Positions 1 through 9,416 are shown, numbered from the stretch's first letter. The stretch is DNA of 64,000 nucleotides from an uncultured Bacilli bacterium (GCA_944332705.1 CALVKM010000002.1:10746-74745), one strand, 5' to 3'. A program made the numbers and translations. The notes: generated by a model from the sequence alone, not told the origin.

Positions 1-232
1 TTGTGAAATAAAAGAAATTAAATTAGTGAATAATAATGTAATAAAAACAAATTTTAAATATTCTCATATAGATATAATTACTTTAATAGATAATAAAATA
101 ACTACATTTTTATTAAATACTTCCAAAATAGGCTCTTTAGATAGTGATATTAATACTTTAAAAAATATTACTTTATCTTTAGAACAAATACTTGATTATA
201 TAAAAGAAATAGGGATAATTATAAGAGATTAA
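1..232 (+). CDS. hypothetical protein, probably 5'-truncated by window edge
   Basis: Frame is open from position 2 through the TAA at 230-232. Confidence 0.5.
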   Translation, partial: CEIKEIKLVNNNVIKTNFKYSHIDIITLIDNKITTFLLNTSKIGSLDSDINTLKNITLSLEQILDYIKEIGIIIRD

Positions 233-245
233 TGCATATTATTTA

Positions 246-785
246 ATGGTGATATACTTGACATTAAAAAAAATAAAAATAAATAATGTTGTAATCTTTT
301 TTGCCTTATCTTTTTTATGGCATTTTGTTTATGATTTAATTCCTAACTTTTTTACTGCCATATTTTTTCCCGTTAATGAATCAATTTGGGAACACATGAA
401 AATAATTTTTGGTGTTATAATATTTGGTTCTTTAATTAGTCTAATACTTATGCAAAAATTTAAAATTAAACATAATAACTTTTATATTGAAATAATTACT
501 AAAGCAATACTTGGAGTAATATTTTATTTAGCAATATTTATTCCATTATATAACTGGCTTGGTGAAAATATGTTTATTTCTATTGGTTTAATGCTTATAA
601 CTTATATAGTTATGGAATTTATTGGTTATAAAATATTATTACTTGATGATTTAAATATTAAAATACTTCCTATAATTCTAATAGTTTTATGTTATATTTT
701 ATTTGTTTTACTTACATTTTATCCCCCACATAATACAATATTTTTTGATGAAACTAAATTAATTTATGGTATACCTGAAAAGTAA
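246..785 (+). CDS. multi-pass membrane protein (DUF6512-like)
   Basis: HF.Y, PVNESIWEHMK and TFYPP motifs; about 5 TM segments. Confidence 0.65.
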   Translation: MVIYLTLKKIKINNVVIFFALSFLWHFVYDLIPNFFTAIFFPVNESIWEHMKIIFGVIIFGSLISLILMQKFKIKHNNFYIEIITKAILGVIFYLAIFIPLYNWLGENMFISIGLMLITYIVMEFIGYKILLLDDLNIKILPIILIVLCYILFVLLTFYPPHNTIFFDETKLIYGIPEK

Positions 786-794
786 AAAGAGTAC

Positions 795-1418
795 TTATAA
801 TTTTTCAAAGTACTCTTTTCCAACACCACACATTGGGCATTTAAAATCATCTGGTAATTCATCTAAATCCGTTTCATACCTATATCCGCAGATTTTACAA
901 ACAAAGACATTCTTTTTAGTTTTTTCTCCCTCCTGGTAGGTTGGGGCATATTTTGAAGTCCCACCCTTTAAATTTTCTTGATAATATTTATAAGTTAATG
1001 GCACTTTTTCATTTAATTTTGTAGCATTTGTAATTTTAGCAAGTACTACTAAATGAGTAGATGTTTCAATACATTTTTCATATTCACAAAATATAGTACC
1101 ACATGAATCTTTAATAACTGGTAGATCATTTACTAATTCGTAATTTGCATTTTCATATTTATTAACTTCATTACTTTTCTTAAATCCAAAAGTCTTAATT
1201 AGTTCAATATCAATATCTTCTGGTAAGATATTGATTGCAAATTTCTTAGTTTCTTCAATTACTTTAGTTGTATAATTTTCTTTATTTATACTTATTGCTA
1301 TAGTTTCACTATTTATTTGCATAATGCTATTAGCAACACAACCTACAAGTAAATCATTTTCTTTTGCAGAAATTATATAAACACCATAAGATAAATCTTT
1401 TAAAACACGCTTATCCAT
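795..1418 (-). CDS. flavin reductase-rubredoxin fusion (high-molecular-weight rubredoxin-like)
   Basis: LSYGVY/SINKENYT flavin reductase domain plus C-terminal CKICGY...CPMCG rubredoxin. Confidence 0.85.
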   Translation of the reverse strand: MDKRVLKDLSYGVYIISAKENDLLVGCVANSIMQINSETIAISINKENYTTKVIEETKKFAINILPEDIDIELIKTFGFKKSNEVNKYENANYELVNDLPVIKDSCGTIFCEYEKCIETSTHLVVLAKITNATKLNEKVPLTYKYYQENLKGGTSKYAPTYQEGEKTKKNVFVCKICGYRYETDLDELPDDFKCPMCGVGKEYFEKL

Positions 1419-2155
1419 TATGCTCTTCCTGCTCCATCAACAGATAGAATTTCGCCAGTTACAAAAGAAGCCATTGGACTTGCTAAATATAAAAAGGCAT
1501 TAGCAATATCTTCGGGTTCTCCGATACGGCCTAGAGGAATGCCTGCAATAATTGGAGCGATTACTTCTTTTGGAAGACTTGATACCATATCAGTATTAAT
1601 TACTCCTGGGGCAACAGCATTAACTCTAATTTTGTATTTACCAAGTTCTCTTGCTAAAGATTTAGTCATGCCATTAACAGCAAATTTACTAGTTGGATAA
1701 CCAACACCAGCGCTTTGTCCATAAATTGAAACCATTGATGAGGTATTAAGAATAACACCACCACCATTTTCTTTCATATATGGAACTACTAATTTAGTAC
1801 ATAAAAACATAGCATTAACATTTAAATCCATAATTTTGCTAAATTCTTCATAAGTATAATTATCTAAAGGAGTACTTGAAGAAATACCGGCATTATTAAT
1901 TAGAATGTCAATTTTTCCAAACTTATCCACAACTTTTTTTAAAGCATCAGCAACTTCATTTTCACTATTTAAATTAGGATACATTCCAAGAATATTATCT
2001 TTGTACTCACTTAGTTTATCAAGAGCTTTATTGACGCTTTCTTCTTTACTTCCAAATATTACAACTTTTGCATTATTTTCTAAAAATAATTTGGCAGTTG
2101 CAAAACCAATTCCTCTTGTTGCTCCAGTAATTACAGCAACACTACCATTTAACAT
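1418..2155 (-). CDS. SDR oxidoreductase, BaiA/3-alpha-hydroxysteroid dehydrogenase-like
   Basis: TGATRGIG, NNAG, YPTSK catalytic motif, GVGYP and SVDGA.R C-terminus. Confidence 0.8.
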   Translation of the reverse strand: MLNGSVAVITGATRGIGFATAKLFLENNAKVVIFGSKEESVNKALDKLSEYKDNILGMYPNLNSENEVADALKKVVDKFGKIDILINNAGISSSTPLDNYTYEEFSKIMDLNVNAMFLCTKLVVPYMKENGGGVILNTSSMVSIYGQSAGVGYPTSKFAVNGMTKSLARELGKYKIRVNAVAPGVINTDMVSSLPKEVIAPIIAGIPLGRIGEPEDIANAFLYLASPMASFVTGEILSVDGAGRA

Positions 2156-2212
2156 TTTATCACCATCCTAAATTAAGTATACCACAAACTCGCTTTTTTT
2201 GATATAATTTTA

Positions 2213-2725
2213 ATGGTGATAAAATTGGGAAAATTACAAATTTTAGTTGGAGATATTACAAGTGATGATATTTTAAAAGGTCATGATGCAATCGTTAATG
2301 CTACAAATCCGGCGATGATGCATGGCGGAGGAGTTTGTGGAGCTATTTTTGATAAAGCGGGATCAACTCTACTTAGCAACTACATTAAAAATAATTTTTT
2401 TACTAATATGGTAGTGGGAGAAATGCGTATTACACCTGGATTTAAAATAGGCATGGATATTATATTTGCTCAAGGACCAAAATATTATGAGTGTGATAAT
2501 CCGATAGATGAACTAAAAAAAACTTATCTTAATTTACTTGATACTATAAAAAACAATAATTATAAAAATGTTTTGCTTCCAAGTTTAGGTACAGGAATTT
2601 ATGGTTTTAAACATGGAGATGTTGGTAAAATGGTAGTTGATACTATTAATGAGTATATTAAAGATACTGATATAAATATTGATTTAGTGCTATACTTAGA
2701 AAAAGATAAGAAATATTATGAGTAA
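2213..2725 (+). CDS. macro domain protein (ADP-ribose binding/hydrolase)
   Basis: GDIT, AIVNATN, GGGV, LPSLGTGIYG motifs. Confidence 0.9.
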   Translation: MVIKLGKLQILVGDITSDDILKGHDAIVNATNPAMMHGGGVCGAIFDKAGSTLLSNYIKNNFFTNMVVGEMRITPGFKIGMDIIFAQGPKYYECDNPIDELKKTYLNLLDTIKNNNYKNVLLPSLGTGIYGFKHGDVGKMVVDTINEYIKDTDINIDLVLYLEKDKKYYE

Positions 2726-2769
2726 AATAGTTTAAAAAATTATTATTTTATGTTATAATCTTCTTAGTT

Positions 2770-2855
2770 GCCCGAGTGGTGGAATGGTAGACGCGGCGGA
2801 CTCAAAATCCGTTGGTAGCAATACCATGTCGGTTCAAGTCCGACCTCGGGCACCA
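2770..2855 (+). tRNA. tRNA-Leu(CAA)
   Basis: Cloverleaf with long variable arm, anticodon arm GCGGA-CTCAAAA-TCCGT, GGTTCAAGTCC T-arm, encoded CCA. Confidence 0.97.
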
Positions 2856-2882
2856 TTTTTATATTATGAGAGGTTTTGGAAT

Positions 2883-3212
2883 ATGGATAAAAATTATTAT
2901 GAATATTTAACTAAAGATTTTCCAGAAAACAGTGTACGAAAAGCTTGTTACGATGTTCGTGAATTTATGCGATGCCAAAAATATGGCGCTATGGATAGTG
3001 CAGTAACTGAAGAAGAATTTTATAAATCTTTAGATATTTTATTAGCATATTCTTATGAGCAAAGTAATGATGAAACTGTAGTTGAACAATACTATTGTGA
3101 TAGTGATTGTGAAAGAAATAATGGTATATATGGCTTTTGTCCTGGAGAATTTCAAATTAATTCTAAATCTCGAGTTTTGTGTAGACATTTTATAGATTCA
3201 AGTGAAAAATAA
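2883..3212 (+). CDS. hypothetical Cys-containing protein (109 aa)
   Basis: GAGG SD before ATG 2883; the ORF-track 5' extension overlaps the tRNA and is spurious. Confidence 0.65.
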   Translation: MDKNYYEYLTKDFPENSVRKACYDVREFMRCQKYGAMDSAVTEEEFYKSLDILLAYSYEQSNDETVVEQYYCDSDCERNNGIYGFCPGEFQINSKSRVLCRHFIDSSEK

Positions 3213-3306
3213 TTGTAAGTTAGAGAATTCAAACTAAAGAAATTGTACTTGTCAAAAACATTTTTTGTGTTATTGAATGTCTACCCAATTTTTGCTGAAT
3301 AGACAT

Positions 3307-3423
3307 TTAAGCTAAATGCTTAAGTGTCATTTTTTTATAACTACTATCACACATAATGATAAGGAGAAATAAAATGATAGTAATGAGCTTGAGAACTTTT
3401 ATGATAAAAGTCTTAGTTTTCAT
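3307..3423 (-). CDS. small hydrophobic peptide (38 aa), type I toxin-like
   Basis: GGAGG SD; MKTKTFIIKVLKLITIILFLLIIMCDSSYKKMTLKHLA; upstream TTGCTT-17-TATACT promoter. Confidence 0.6.
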   Translation of the reverse strand: MKTKTFIIKVLKLITIILFLLIIMCDSSYKKMTLKHLA

Positions 3424-3592
3424 TTTTATCAAACCTCCAATAGAGATTTGATAGACACTCAATGTAGCTGATATTCCCTATAACAAGTATACTATTAATA
3501 AACATTAAAAGCAAGTGAACAAAGAATACTTTATAAAAAATAACCTAAAAATAACAAGAATGCTTAAATTTAAGTGTTCTTGTTATTTGTAA

Positions 3593-3904
3593 TTAAATTT
3601 GCCTTTTTAATAATTCTTCGTTGTCTTTATATGTTTTACTACTTATTAATTCATCATTAATAAAACCTTGAATTGTAACGAAACTCGCATCAGTTACAAC
3701 TACTTCATAAATATTACCACTTTCTAATCTAATACTTTTATCATCGGGACTATCTAAATAATATTTTATTAAATCATCTGTATAATCTTGTTTAAAAGTA
3801 TTACCGTCAGTAATAAGTTTTGTGCTTAACTTATTACCTTTATATATTCCATTATAAATATAATAAGTGTTATTGGGATTATCATAAATTATTTGAGTGC
3901 TCAT
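3593..3904 (-). CDS. hypothetical protein
   Basis: ORF with AAGGGGG SD. Confidence 0.6.
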   Translation of the reverse strand: MSTQIIYDNPNNTYYIYNGIYKGNKLSTKLITDGNTFKQDYTDDLIKYYLDSPDDKSIRLESGNIYEVVVTDASFVTIQGFINDELISSKTYKDNEELLKRQI

Positions 3905-4047
3905 TTATATTACCCCCTTAAATATAAATATATGTAAATATTATACATTTATAATATCATAGGTTTGATGTAATTTAGTAAAATTTCCTATAAACCCATA
4001 GATTTTACTTCAATATTTTGATACAATAGTTAGTAGGGTGAGGTAAT

Positions 4048-4554
4048 ATGGAAAACATCAATAAACAAAGAAAAGAATATTTATCTTGGGATGAATACTT
4101 TATGGGAGTTGCTAAATTATCGGCTTTAAGGAGTAAAGATCCATCAACACAAGTTGGAGCTTGTATAGTTGGTGGTGATAATCGGATTTTATCAATTGGG
4201 TATAATGGTACTCCGAACGGATTTCCTGATAGTGATTTTCCTTGGGATAGAGAAGGAGATGCTCTAAATACTAAGTATTTTTATGTTTGCCATGCGGAAT
4301 TAAATGCTATACTAAATTTCCGTGGTAACCGAAGAGATTTAGAAGGAGCACGCATATATGTAGCGCTATTTCCATGTAATGAATGTGCTAAAGCTATTAT
4401 TCAATGTGGTATCAAAGAAGTAGTTTATTTAAGTGATAAATATAATAGTACTGAAGGTAATATCGCCTCAAAAAGATTATTTGATAAATGTGGTGTAACC
4501 TACAGAATGGTTAATGTTAAAAATAAAGAAATAACTTTGAATTTAGAAGAGTAG
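4048..4554 (+). CDS. dCMP deaminase (ComEB family)
   Basis: RSKDPSTQVGA, HAE, PCNEC zinc motifs. Confidence 0.92.
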   Translation: MENINKQRKEYLSWDEYFMGVAKLSALRSKDPSTQVGACIVGGDNRILSIGYNGTPNGFPDSDFPWDREGDALNTKYFYVCHAELNAILNFRGNRRDLEGARIYVALFPCNECAKAIIQCGIKEVVYLSDKYNSTEGNIASKRLFDKCGVTYRMVNVKNKEITLNLEE

Positions 4555-4561
4555 TGATTAT

Positions 4562-5506
4562 ATGGGTAAAGGTAAGAATGATAAATTATTAGAATACTTG
4601 ATGCCAGATGATATAGATGAAGTAATACTGCCAATGCTAAAGGCCGAAAAGGCCAAGAAAAAAATGTATCAAAAAAGAATAGTTGAAAAAAAGCTATCTT
4701 TGATGAAATGTGTGGTATTTTGTATATTTTTAATTTGTTTAGGTATTGCCTCATTTTCCGGTTATCAAATACTGGCTTGGAAAATTGATTCTGATAAAAC
4801 CTATGCGCAAATGGAGTTAATTGCAGATAATGCGGTAGTTGAAGAAGTAGAAGATACCGAAGCAACAGAGATTGTTAATCCCCCGGTAGAAGAGGATCCC
4901 GCCAATCCATATTGGGATTATATTAAAATGAATTTAATTAATGTTGATTTTTCTAAACTTTTAGAAATAAATAGTGATACTAAAGGGTGGCTTCAAGTAA
5001 GTGGTACCAATATTAATTATCCTTTTGTTCAAACAATTGATAATGATTATTATTTAAAAAGAGATTTTAATAAAGAATATAATTCCGCAGGTTGGGTATA
5101 CTTAGATTATCGAAATAATATAAATGAACTTGATAAAAATACTATTATCTATGCCCATGGAAGACTTAATGGAACAATGTTTGGTTCCCTAAAAAATATT
5201 TTTAATAGTGATTGGTTTAATGATATCAATAATCATGTTGTGAAATTATCAACACCAACTGAAAATACTTTATGGCAAGTATTTAGTGTTTATCATATAC
5301 CCACAACTAGTGATTACTTACAAGTTAAATTTAGTAATGATACAGATTTTTTAGATTTTGTTAATATGTTAAAGAGTAGAAGTCAATATGATTTTAATGT
5401 TGAATTTAGTGCAGAAGATAAAATTCTTACTTTATCAACATGTTATAATGATGAAGAAAGAGTAGTACTTCATGCTAAATTAATAAAAAGAGAGGTAAGA
5501 GAATAA
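4562..5506 (+). CDS. srtB: class B sortase
   Basis: N-terminal TM, NTIIYAH, MFGSL, LTLSTC and catalytic R. Confidence 0.88.
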   Translation: MGKGKNDKLLEYLMPDDIDEVILPMLKAEKAKKKMYQKRIVEKKLSLMKCVVFCIFLICLGIASFSGYQILAWKIDSDKTYAQMELIADNAVVEEVEDTEATEIVNPPVEEDPANPYWDYIKMNLINVDFSKLLEINSDTKGWLQVSGTNINYPFVQTIDNDYYLKRDFNKEYNSAGWVYLDYRNNINELDKNTIIYAHGRLNGTMFGSLKNIFNSDWFNDINNHVVKLSTPTENTLWQVFSVYHIPTTSDYLQVKFSNDTDFLDFVNMLKSRSQYDFNVEFSAEDKILTLSTCYNDEERVVLHAKLIKREVRE

Positions 5507-6384
5507 TGATTGAAGATTTAAAAACTAAAAAAGGCTTTATTGCAGCTATGGATCAAAGTGGTGGATCTAGTAAAAAGACTTTAGTCAATTATGGAGTAGA
5601 TGAGAGGCTAATAACTAGTGATGAAGTAATGTTTAACTATATTCATGAAATGCGTTCAAGAATTATTGGCAATGATGCCTTTAATTCTGATTCTATCATC
5701 GGAGCAATTCTATTTTATGATACTATGAAAAAAGATATAGATGGAATAAATACTGTTGAATATTTAAAAAATAAGGGAATATATGCATTTTTAAAAATAG
5801 ATGTTGGTTTAGAAGATGAATGTGATGGGGTAAGATTACTTAAAGATATTCCTGCCTTAGATGAAGTTCTAGATGAAGCAGTAAGTTATGGCGTAATTGG
5901 AACAAAAATGCGTTCGGTAATTAATGAATATAATGAATATGGAATTAAAAAGGTTGTTGAACAACAATTTAAGTTAGCAAGACAAATCATCGCTAAAGGT
6001 TTAATTCCCATTATAGAACCAGAAGTAAGTATTGATGCTAAAAATAAAAAGTTAATAGAATCGTTTTTAAGACAAGAATTATTAAAAAACTTATATAAAC
6101 TAAAAAAAGAAGATTATGTAATAATAAAACTAACTTTACCAGATGTTCCAAATTATTATAATCCACTTTTAACTCCTAAAAATGTTTTGAGAATTGTTGC
6201 TCTATCTGGGGGTTATTCAAGAGATATTGCATGTGAAAAATTAAAAGAAAACAAAAAAATGATAGCAAGCTTTTCTAGAGCTTTACTTGAAGGCTTAAAT
6301 ATAAATCAAAATGATAAAGAATTTAGTGATGTACTAAGTAAATCTATTAAAGAAATATATAAAGCATCAACAAGTAAAAGGTAG
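5506..6384 (+). CDS. fda: class I fructose-bisphosphate aldolase
   Basis: GFIAAMDQSGGS, GTKMRSVI, PIIEPEV, ALSGGYSR, ASFSRAL. Confidence 0.93.
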   Translation: MIEDLKTKKGFIAAMDQSGGSSKKTLVNYGVDERLITSDEVMFNYIHEMRSRIIGNDAFNSDSIIGAILFYDTMKKDIDGINTVEYLKNKGIYAFLKIDVGLEDECDGVRLLKDIPALDEVLDEAVSYGVIGTKMRSVINEYNEYGIKKVVEQQFKLARQIIAKGLIPIIEPEVSIDAKNKKLIESFLRQELLKNLYKLKKEDYVIIKLTLPDVPNYYNPLLTPKNVLRIVALSGGYSRDIACEKLKENKKMIASFSRALLEGLNINQNDKEFSDVLSKSIKEIYKASTSKR

Positions 6385-6400
6385 CAAAATTTTAAATTTG

Positions 6401-6628
6401 CTACCTTTTCATTATAGATTTAGGATATGGTTTTCTCTCATCTGTTAAATATAATATATAATCAATACTAGTATTATAAAATTCAGCAAGCTTTTTTAAA
6501 TATTCTAAAGGAATATTTACTTTCTCAAGTTCATATTTACTATAATTCGATTGATCTATTTTTAAATAATCAGCAATATCTTTTTGATATAAATCTTTGT
6601 CTTCTCTTAATTCTTTTAATCTGTTCAT
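6401..6628 (-). CDS. XRE-family HTH regulator
   Basis: RLKELRE..QKDIA..YSKYE..SIDY pattern. Confidence 0.9.
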   Translation of the reverse strand: MNRLKELREDKDLYQKDIADYLKIDQSNYSKYELEKVNIPLEYLKKLAEFYNTSIDYILYLTDERKPYPKSIMKR

Positions 6629-6673
6629 AATGTATCTCCTTGTAAATATATTACAACAGTTATAATTTGACTA

Positions 6674-6702
6674 TTGATAAATAGGTATATTTTGCCTATA
6701 AT
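6674..6702 (+). promoter_or_regulatory. sigma-A promoter with embedded palindromic operator
   Basis: TTGATA-17-TATAAT; the palindrome ATAGGTA-N5-TGCCTAT (6681-6699) fills the spacer. Confidence 0.6.
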
Positions 6703-6721
6703 TTTATTAGAAAGGTAAAAT

Positions 6722-8164
6722 ATGCATATAAAAAAGAAAGTATTGTTATTAAGTAGTGTGTTACTAACATTAATTATAATGGCTGGTGTTGTTTTTATTA
6801 TTAATAGAAAAGATTATTCTAATGAATTAGTTTTAAATAATGATAAAAATTTAATTAGCAATTCATTTTTAACTTTAATGTTAGAACAAAGTGATGGAAC
6901 ATACCAGGAATCCACTTCTAATACTTGGCCAGGAGAAGGTTACATTTTTAATAGTGAATTATCTAAATGCCAAAATGGAGGAGAACTAGATTATGATAGT
7001 GAAAATAATAAAGTAATACTATATTCAAATAAATCTGATGGATGTTATGTGTACTTTGATTTATATACTAAACCAACAATAAATAGTATCAATCTAGGAG
7101 AGGTAACGAATGATTGAATAACAGTAAGTGTAAGTGCTACTAATGGAACAAATGAAATAAGTAATTATTACTATATAATAAATGATGGAACACCAGTAAG
7201 TACTACAAGTAATACCTATACATTTAGTGAATTAAGTGCCGGTCAAACATATACTATCAAAGTATATGTTGTAGATACAGAAGGTTATTCATCTGATACA
7301 TCTAGTTTAAATGTAGAAACAGAAAATATTCCATTATTATTGGCAGAAATATGTAATAACGGAGATAATTTAGCAAATTGTATTATAAGTTTTTATAATA
7401 CTTCTGGATCTGATATAACAAAAATATATTATCACAATAGCAGTTTAGCTAATGGTGCAGGAGATAACTCATACAGATATGCTGGAGCAAGTGATGAAGT
7501 AAATAATTATGTATGCTTTGGATCAGATGCATCGACATGTACAAGTAATAACTTATATCGTATTATTGGAGTATTTGACGGTCAAGTAAAACTAATAAAA
7601 TCAACAAGTTATGGAAATTATTATTGGAGTGGTTCTAGTTATAATACAGGTAATGCATGGAGTAACAGTACATTAAATACAAGTACTTTAAATGGAACAT
7701 ATTTAAATAATTTAGAAAGTTATTGGAGCAATTTTATAACAAATCACACATGGAAAGTAGGAGAAACGACCTCAAGCCAAAGAAATAATCAGCCATCATT
7801 AGTGTTTGAATACGAAGTAGGAGCAAATAGCAGCAGCACAATATATAGTGCAAAAATAGGTTTAATGTATATAAGTGATTACGGATTTGCAGCAAGTAAT
7901 AGCTATTGGTCAACGACATTAAACAATGCAAATATAAGTATTAATAACTGGTTGTATATGGGGCTTTCCGAATGGACTATTTCCAGCAGCTTGTACCATT
8001 CGGACAGTGCGTTCCTTGTGTATAACCGCGGTGATCTCACTTACACCTATGTCTACGACTTCAACGGCTACCATGCGGTGCGGCCGTCCTTCTATCTTGA
8101 GTCTTCAACTGAATATTCTAGCGGATCTGGGACAGAGTCTGACCCTATTAGAATTGTGGTATAA
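6722..8164 (+). pseudogene. membrane-anchored FN3 + C-terminal CLec-like protein, single in-frame TGA at 7115-7117; candidate DGR target
   Basis: ORFs 6722-7117 and 7340-8164 share one frame; the intervening sequence reads ITVSVSATNGTN... (FN3-like), colinear with paralog 12284-13954. Confidence 0.8.
7946..8101 (+). other. putative DGR variable repeat (VR)
   Basis: GC-rich block; only 1 of 52 codons ends in A; runs of NNC/NNT codons between fixed GCG TTC/GTG/GGT and GCG GTG CGG CCG. Confidence 0.7.
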
Positions 8165-8197
8165 AAAAGAATAATTCGTTCTGAATTATTCTTTTTC
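8163..8197. terminator. bidirectional intrinsic terminator
   Basis: AAAAAAGAATAATTC-GTTCT-GAATTATTCTTTTT between convergent genes. Confidence 0.7.
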
Positions 8198-8413
8198 TTC
8201 TGGTACAGGATATGGTTTATTGACATCTGTTTGATAAAGAATATAATCAATTGAAGTATCATAATACTTTGCCAAATTTATTAAGCAATCTGCAGGTATT
8301 TTTTCTTTACTAGCTTCATATTCATTATACTTTTCTTCATCAATGTTTAGATAATCTGCAACATCTTTTGCCAATAAATCTTTACTTTCACGTAATTCTT
8401 TTAATCTATTCAT
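8186..8413 (-). CDS. XRE-family HTH regulator, paralog of 6401-6628
   Basis: MNRLKELRE...SIDYILY.TD..KPYP shared with 6401-6628. Confidence 0.88.
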   Translation of the reverse strand: MNRLKELRESKDLLAKDVADYLNIDEEKYNEYEASKEKIPADCLINLAKYYDTSIDYILYQTDVNKPYPVPEEKE

Positions 8414-8436
8414 TTTCCATCCTTTCCTTTATTATC

Positions 8437-8455
8437 ATAGACAGAATTTGTCTAT
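8437..8455. promoter_or_regulatory. palindromic operator candidate
   Basis: Perfect ATAGACA-N5-TGTCTAT, related to the 6681-6699 site. Confidence 0.55.
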
Positions 8456-8563
8456 ATATAATATAATAACATTATTTTGCTTTTTTTTATAGTGTTTATG
8501 TCAAAAAAATTAGTTTAATCTTTATTTATTTGGAAATATTAATTATAATAAAGATAAGGAGGA

Positions 8564-9337
8564 TTGATAAATTTGAAATTAGAAGGTAAAGTTGCTCTTG
8601 TAACTGGTGGGTTTAAAGGCGCCGGCAGAGGCATAGTAGATGTATTTTTAAAATATGGTGCTAAGGTTATAGTACTTGATTATGATGCAGAAGTGACTAC
8701 TATGAATAGTGATAATGTAATTGCTAGTCATGTTGATATTAGAAATGTTGATGATGTAAGAATGGCTATTGATGAAGCAATGGAGAAAATGGAATCTCTT
8801 GACATTTTAGTTAACAATGCTGGGGTTTGTAAGCTTGTGCCTTTTGCAGATATGACTGATGAAGAAAGAGATTATCACTTTGATATTAATATTAAAGGTA
8901 CTTGGAATGTAACTAAATGTGCTCTTCCATATTTAAAAGAAGGATCTGCTATTGTTAATATGTCTAGTGTAACTGGTCCAAATGTAGCTGATCCTGGAGA
9001 AGTTGCTTATGCTACAAGTAAAGCTGCAGTACTGGGATTTACTAAATCTTTAGCGGCAGAACTTGCTAGCAAAAAAATAAGAGTTAATGCGGTAATGCCT
9101 GGTTATATTCATACACCAATGGTTGATAATATGGCTAAAGATAGTAATCCTGATAACCCAGAATCTGTTATTGAAGGTATAGCTAGTGCAGTTCCTTTAA
9201 AAAGGCTTGCAACACCAGAAGAAATTGGCGAATTAGTAGCATTCTTGGGATGCGGTGAATCTAGTTATATAACCGGTCAAGGCATTATAATTGATGGTGG
9301 TTCAACCTTACCAGAAACAACTACTGTGGGAGTGTAA
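8564..9337 (+). CDS. ucpA: SDR oxidoreductase UcpA-like
   Basis: SSVTG.VADPGE.AYATSK and IDGGSTLPET C-terminus typical of UcpA. Confidence 0.8.
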   Translation: MINLKLEGKVALVTGGFKGAGRGIVDVFLKYGAKVIVLDYDAEVTTMNSDNVIASHVDIRNVDDVRMAIDEAMEKMESLDILVNNAGVCKLVPFADMTDEERDYHFDINIKGTWNVTKCALPYLKEGSAIVNMSSVTGPNVADPGEVAYATSKAAVLGFTKSLAAELASKKIRVNAVMPGYIHTPMVDNMAKDSNPDNPESVIEGIASAVPLKRLATPEEIGELVAFLGCGESSYITGQGIIIDGGSTLPETTTVGV

Positions 9338-9416
9338 ACAATCAAAAAAATGATTGTTTTTTTCTTTTAATGATATTAAATATAATAAAAGTGTTGTATA
9401 ATTAAATGGGGATAAT

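Noticed and set aside
2784-2882. 5' extension of ORF 2784-3212
   Set aside because: It overlaps tRNA-Leu; the real start is ATG 2883 with an SD
4048-4554. dCMP deaminase as antiphage dCTP deaminase
   Set aside because: Single-domain housekeeping-size protein in an operon with srtB and fda; no kinase domain
7115-7117. Genome-wide TGA recoding (code 4/25) or selenocysteine
   Set aside because: Several genes end at TGA at sensible positions (e.g. 39385, 50889, 52948), Trp is TGG, and the aligned paralog residue is Ala rather than Trp or Cys
8129-8145. GGGACAG-AGT-CTGACCC as DGR target hairpin
   Set aside because: Short, contains a mismatch and lies in coding sequence; cannot be supported without the TR
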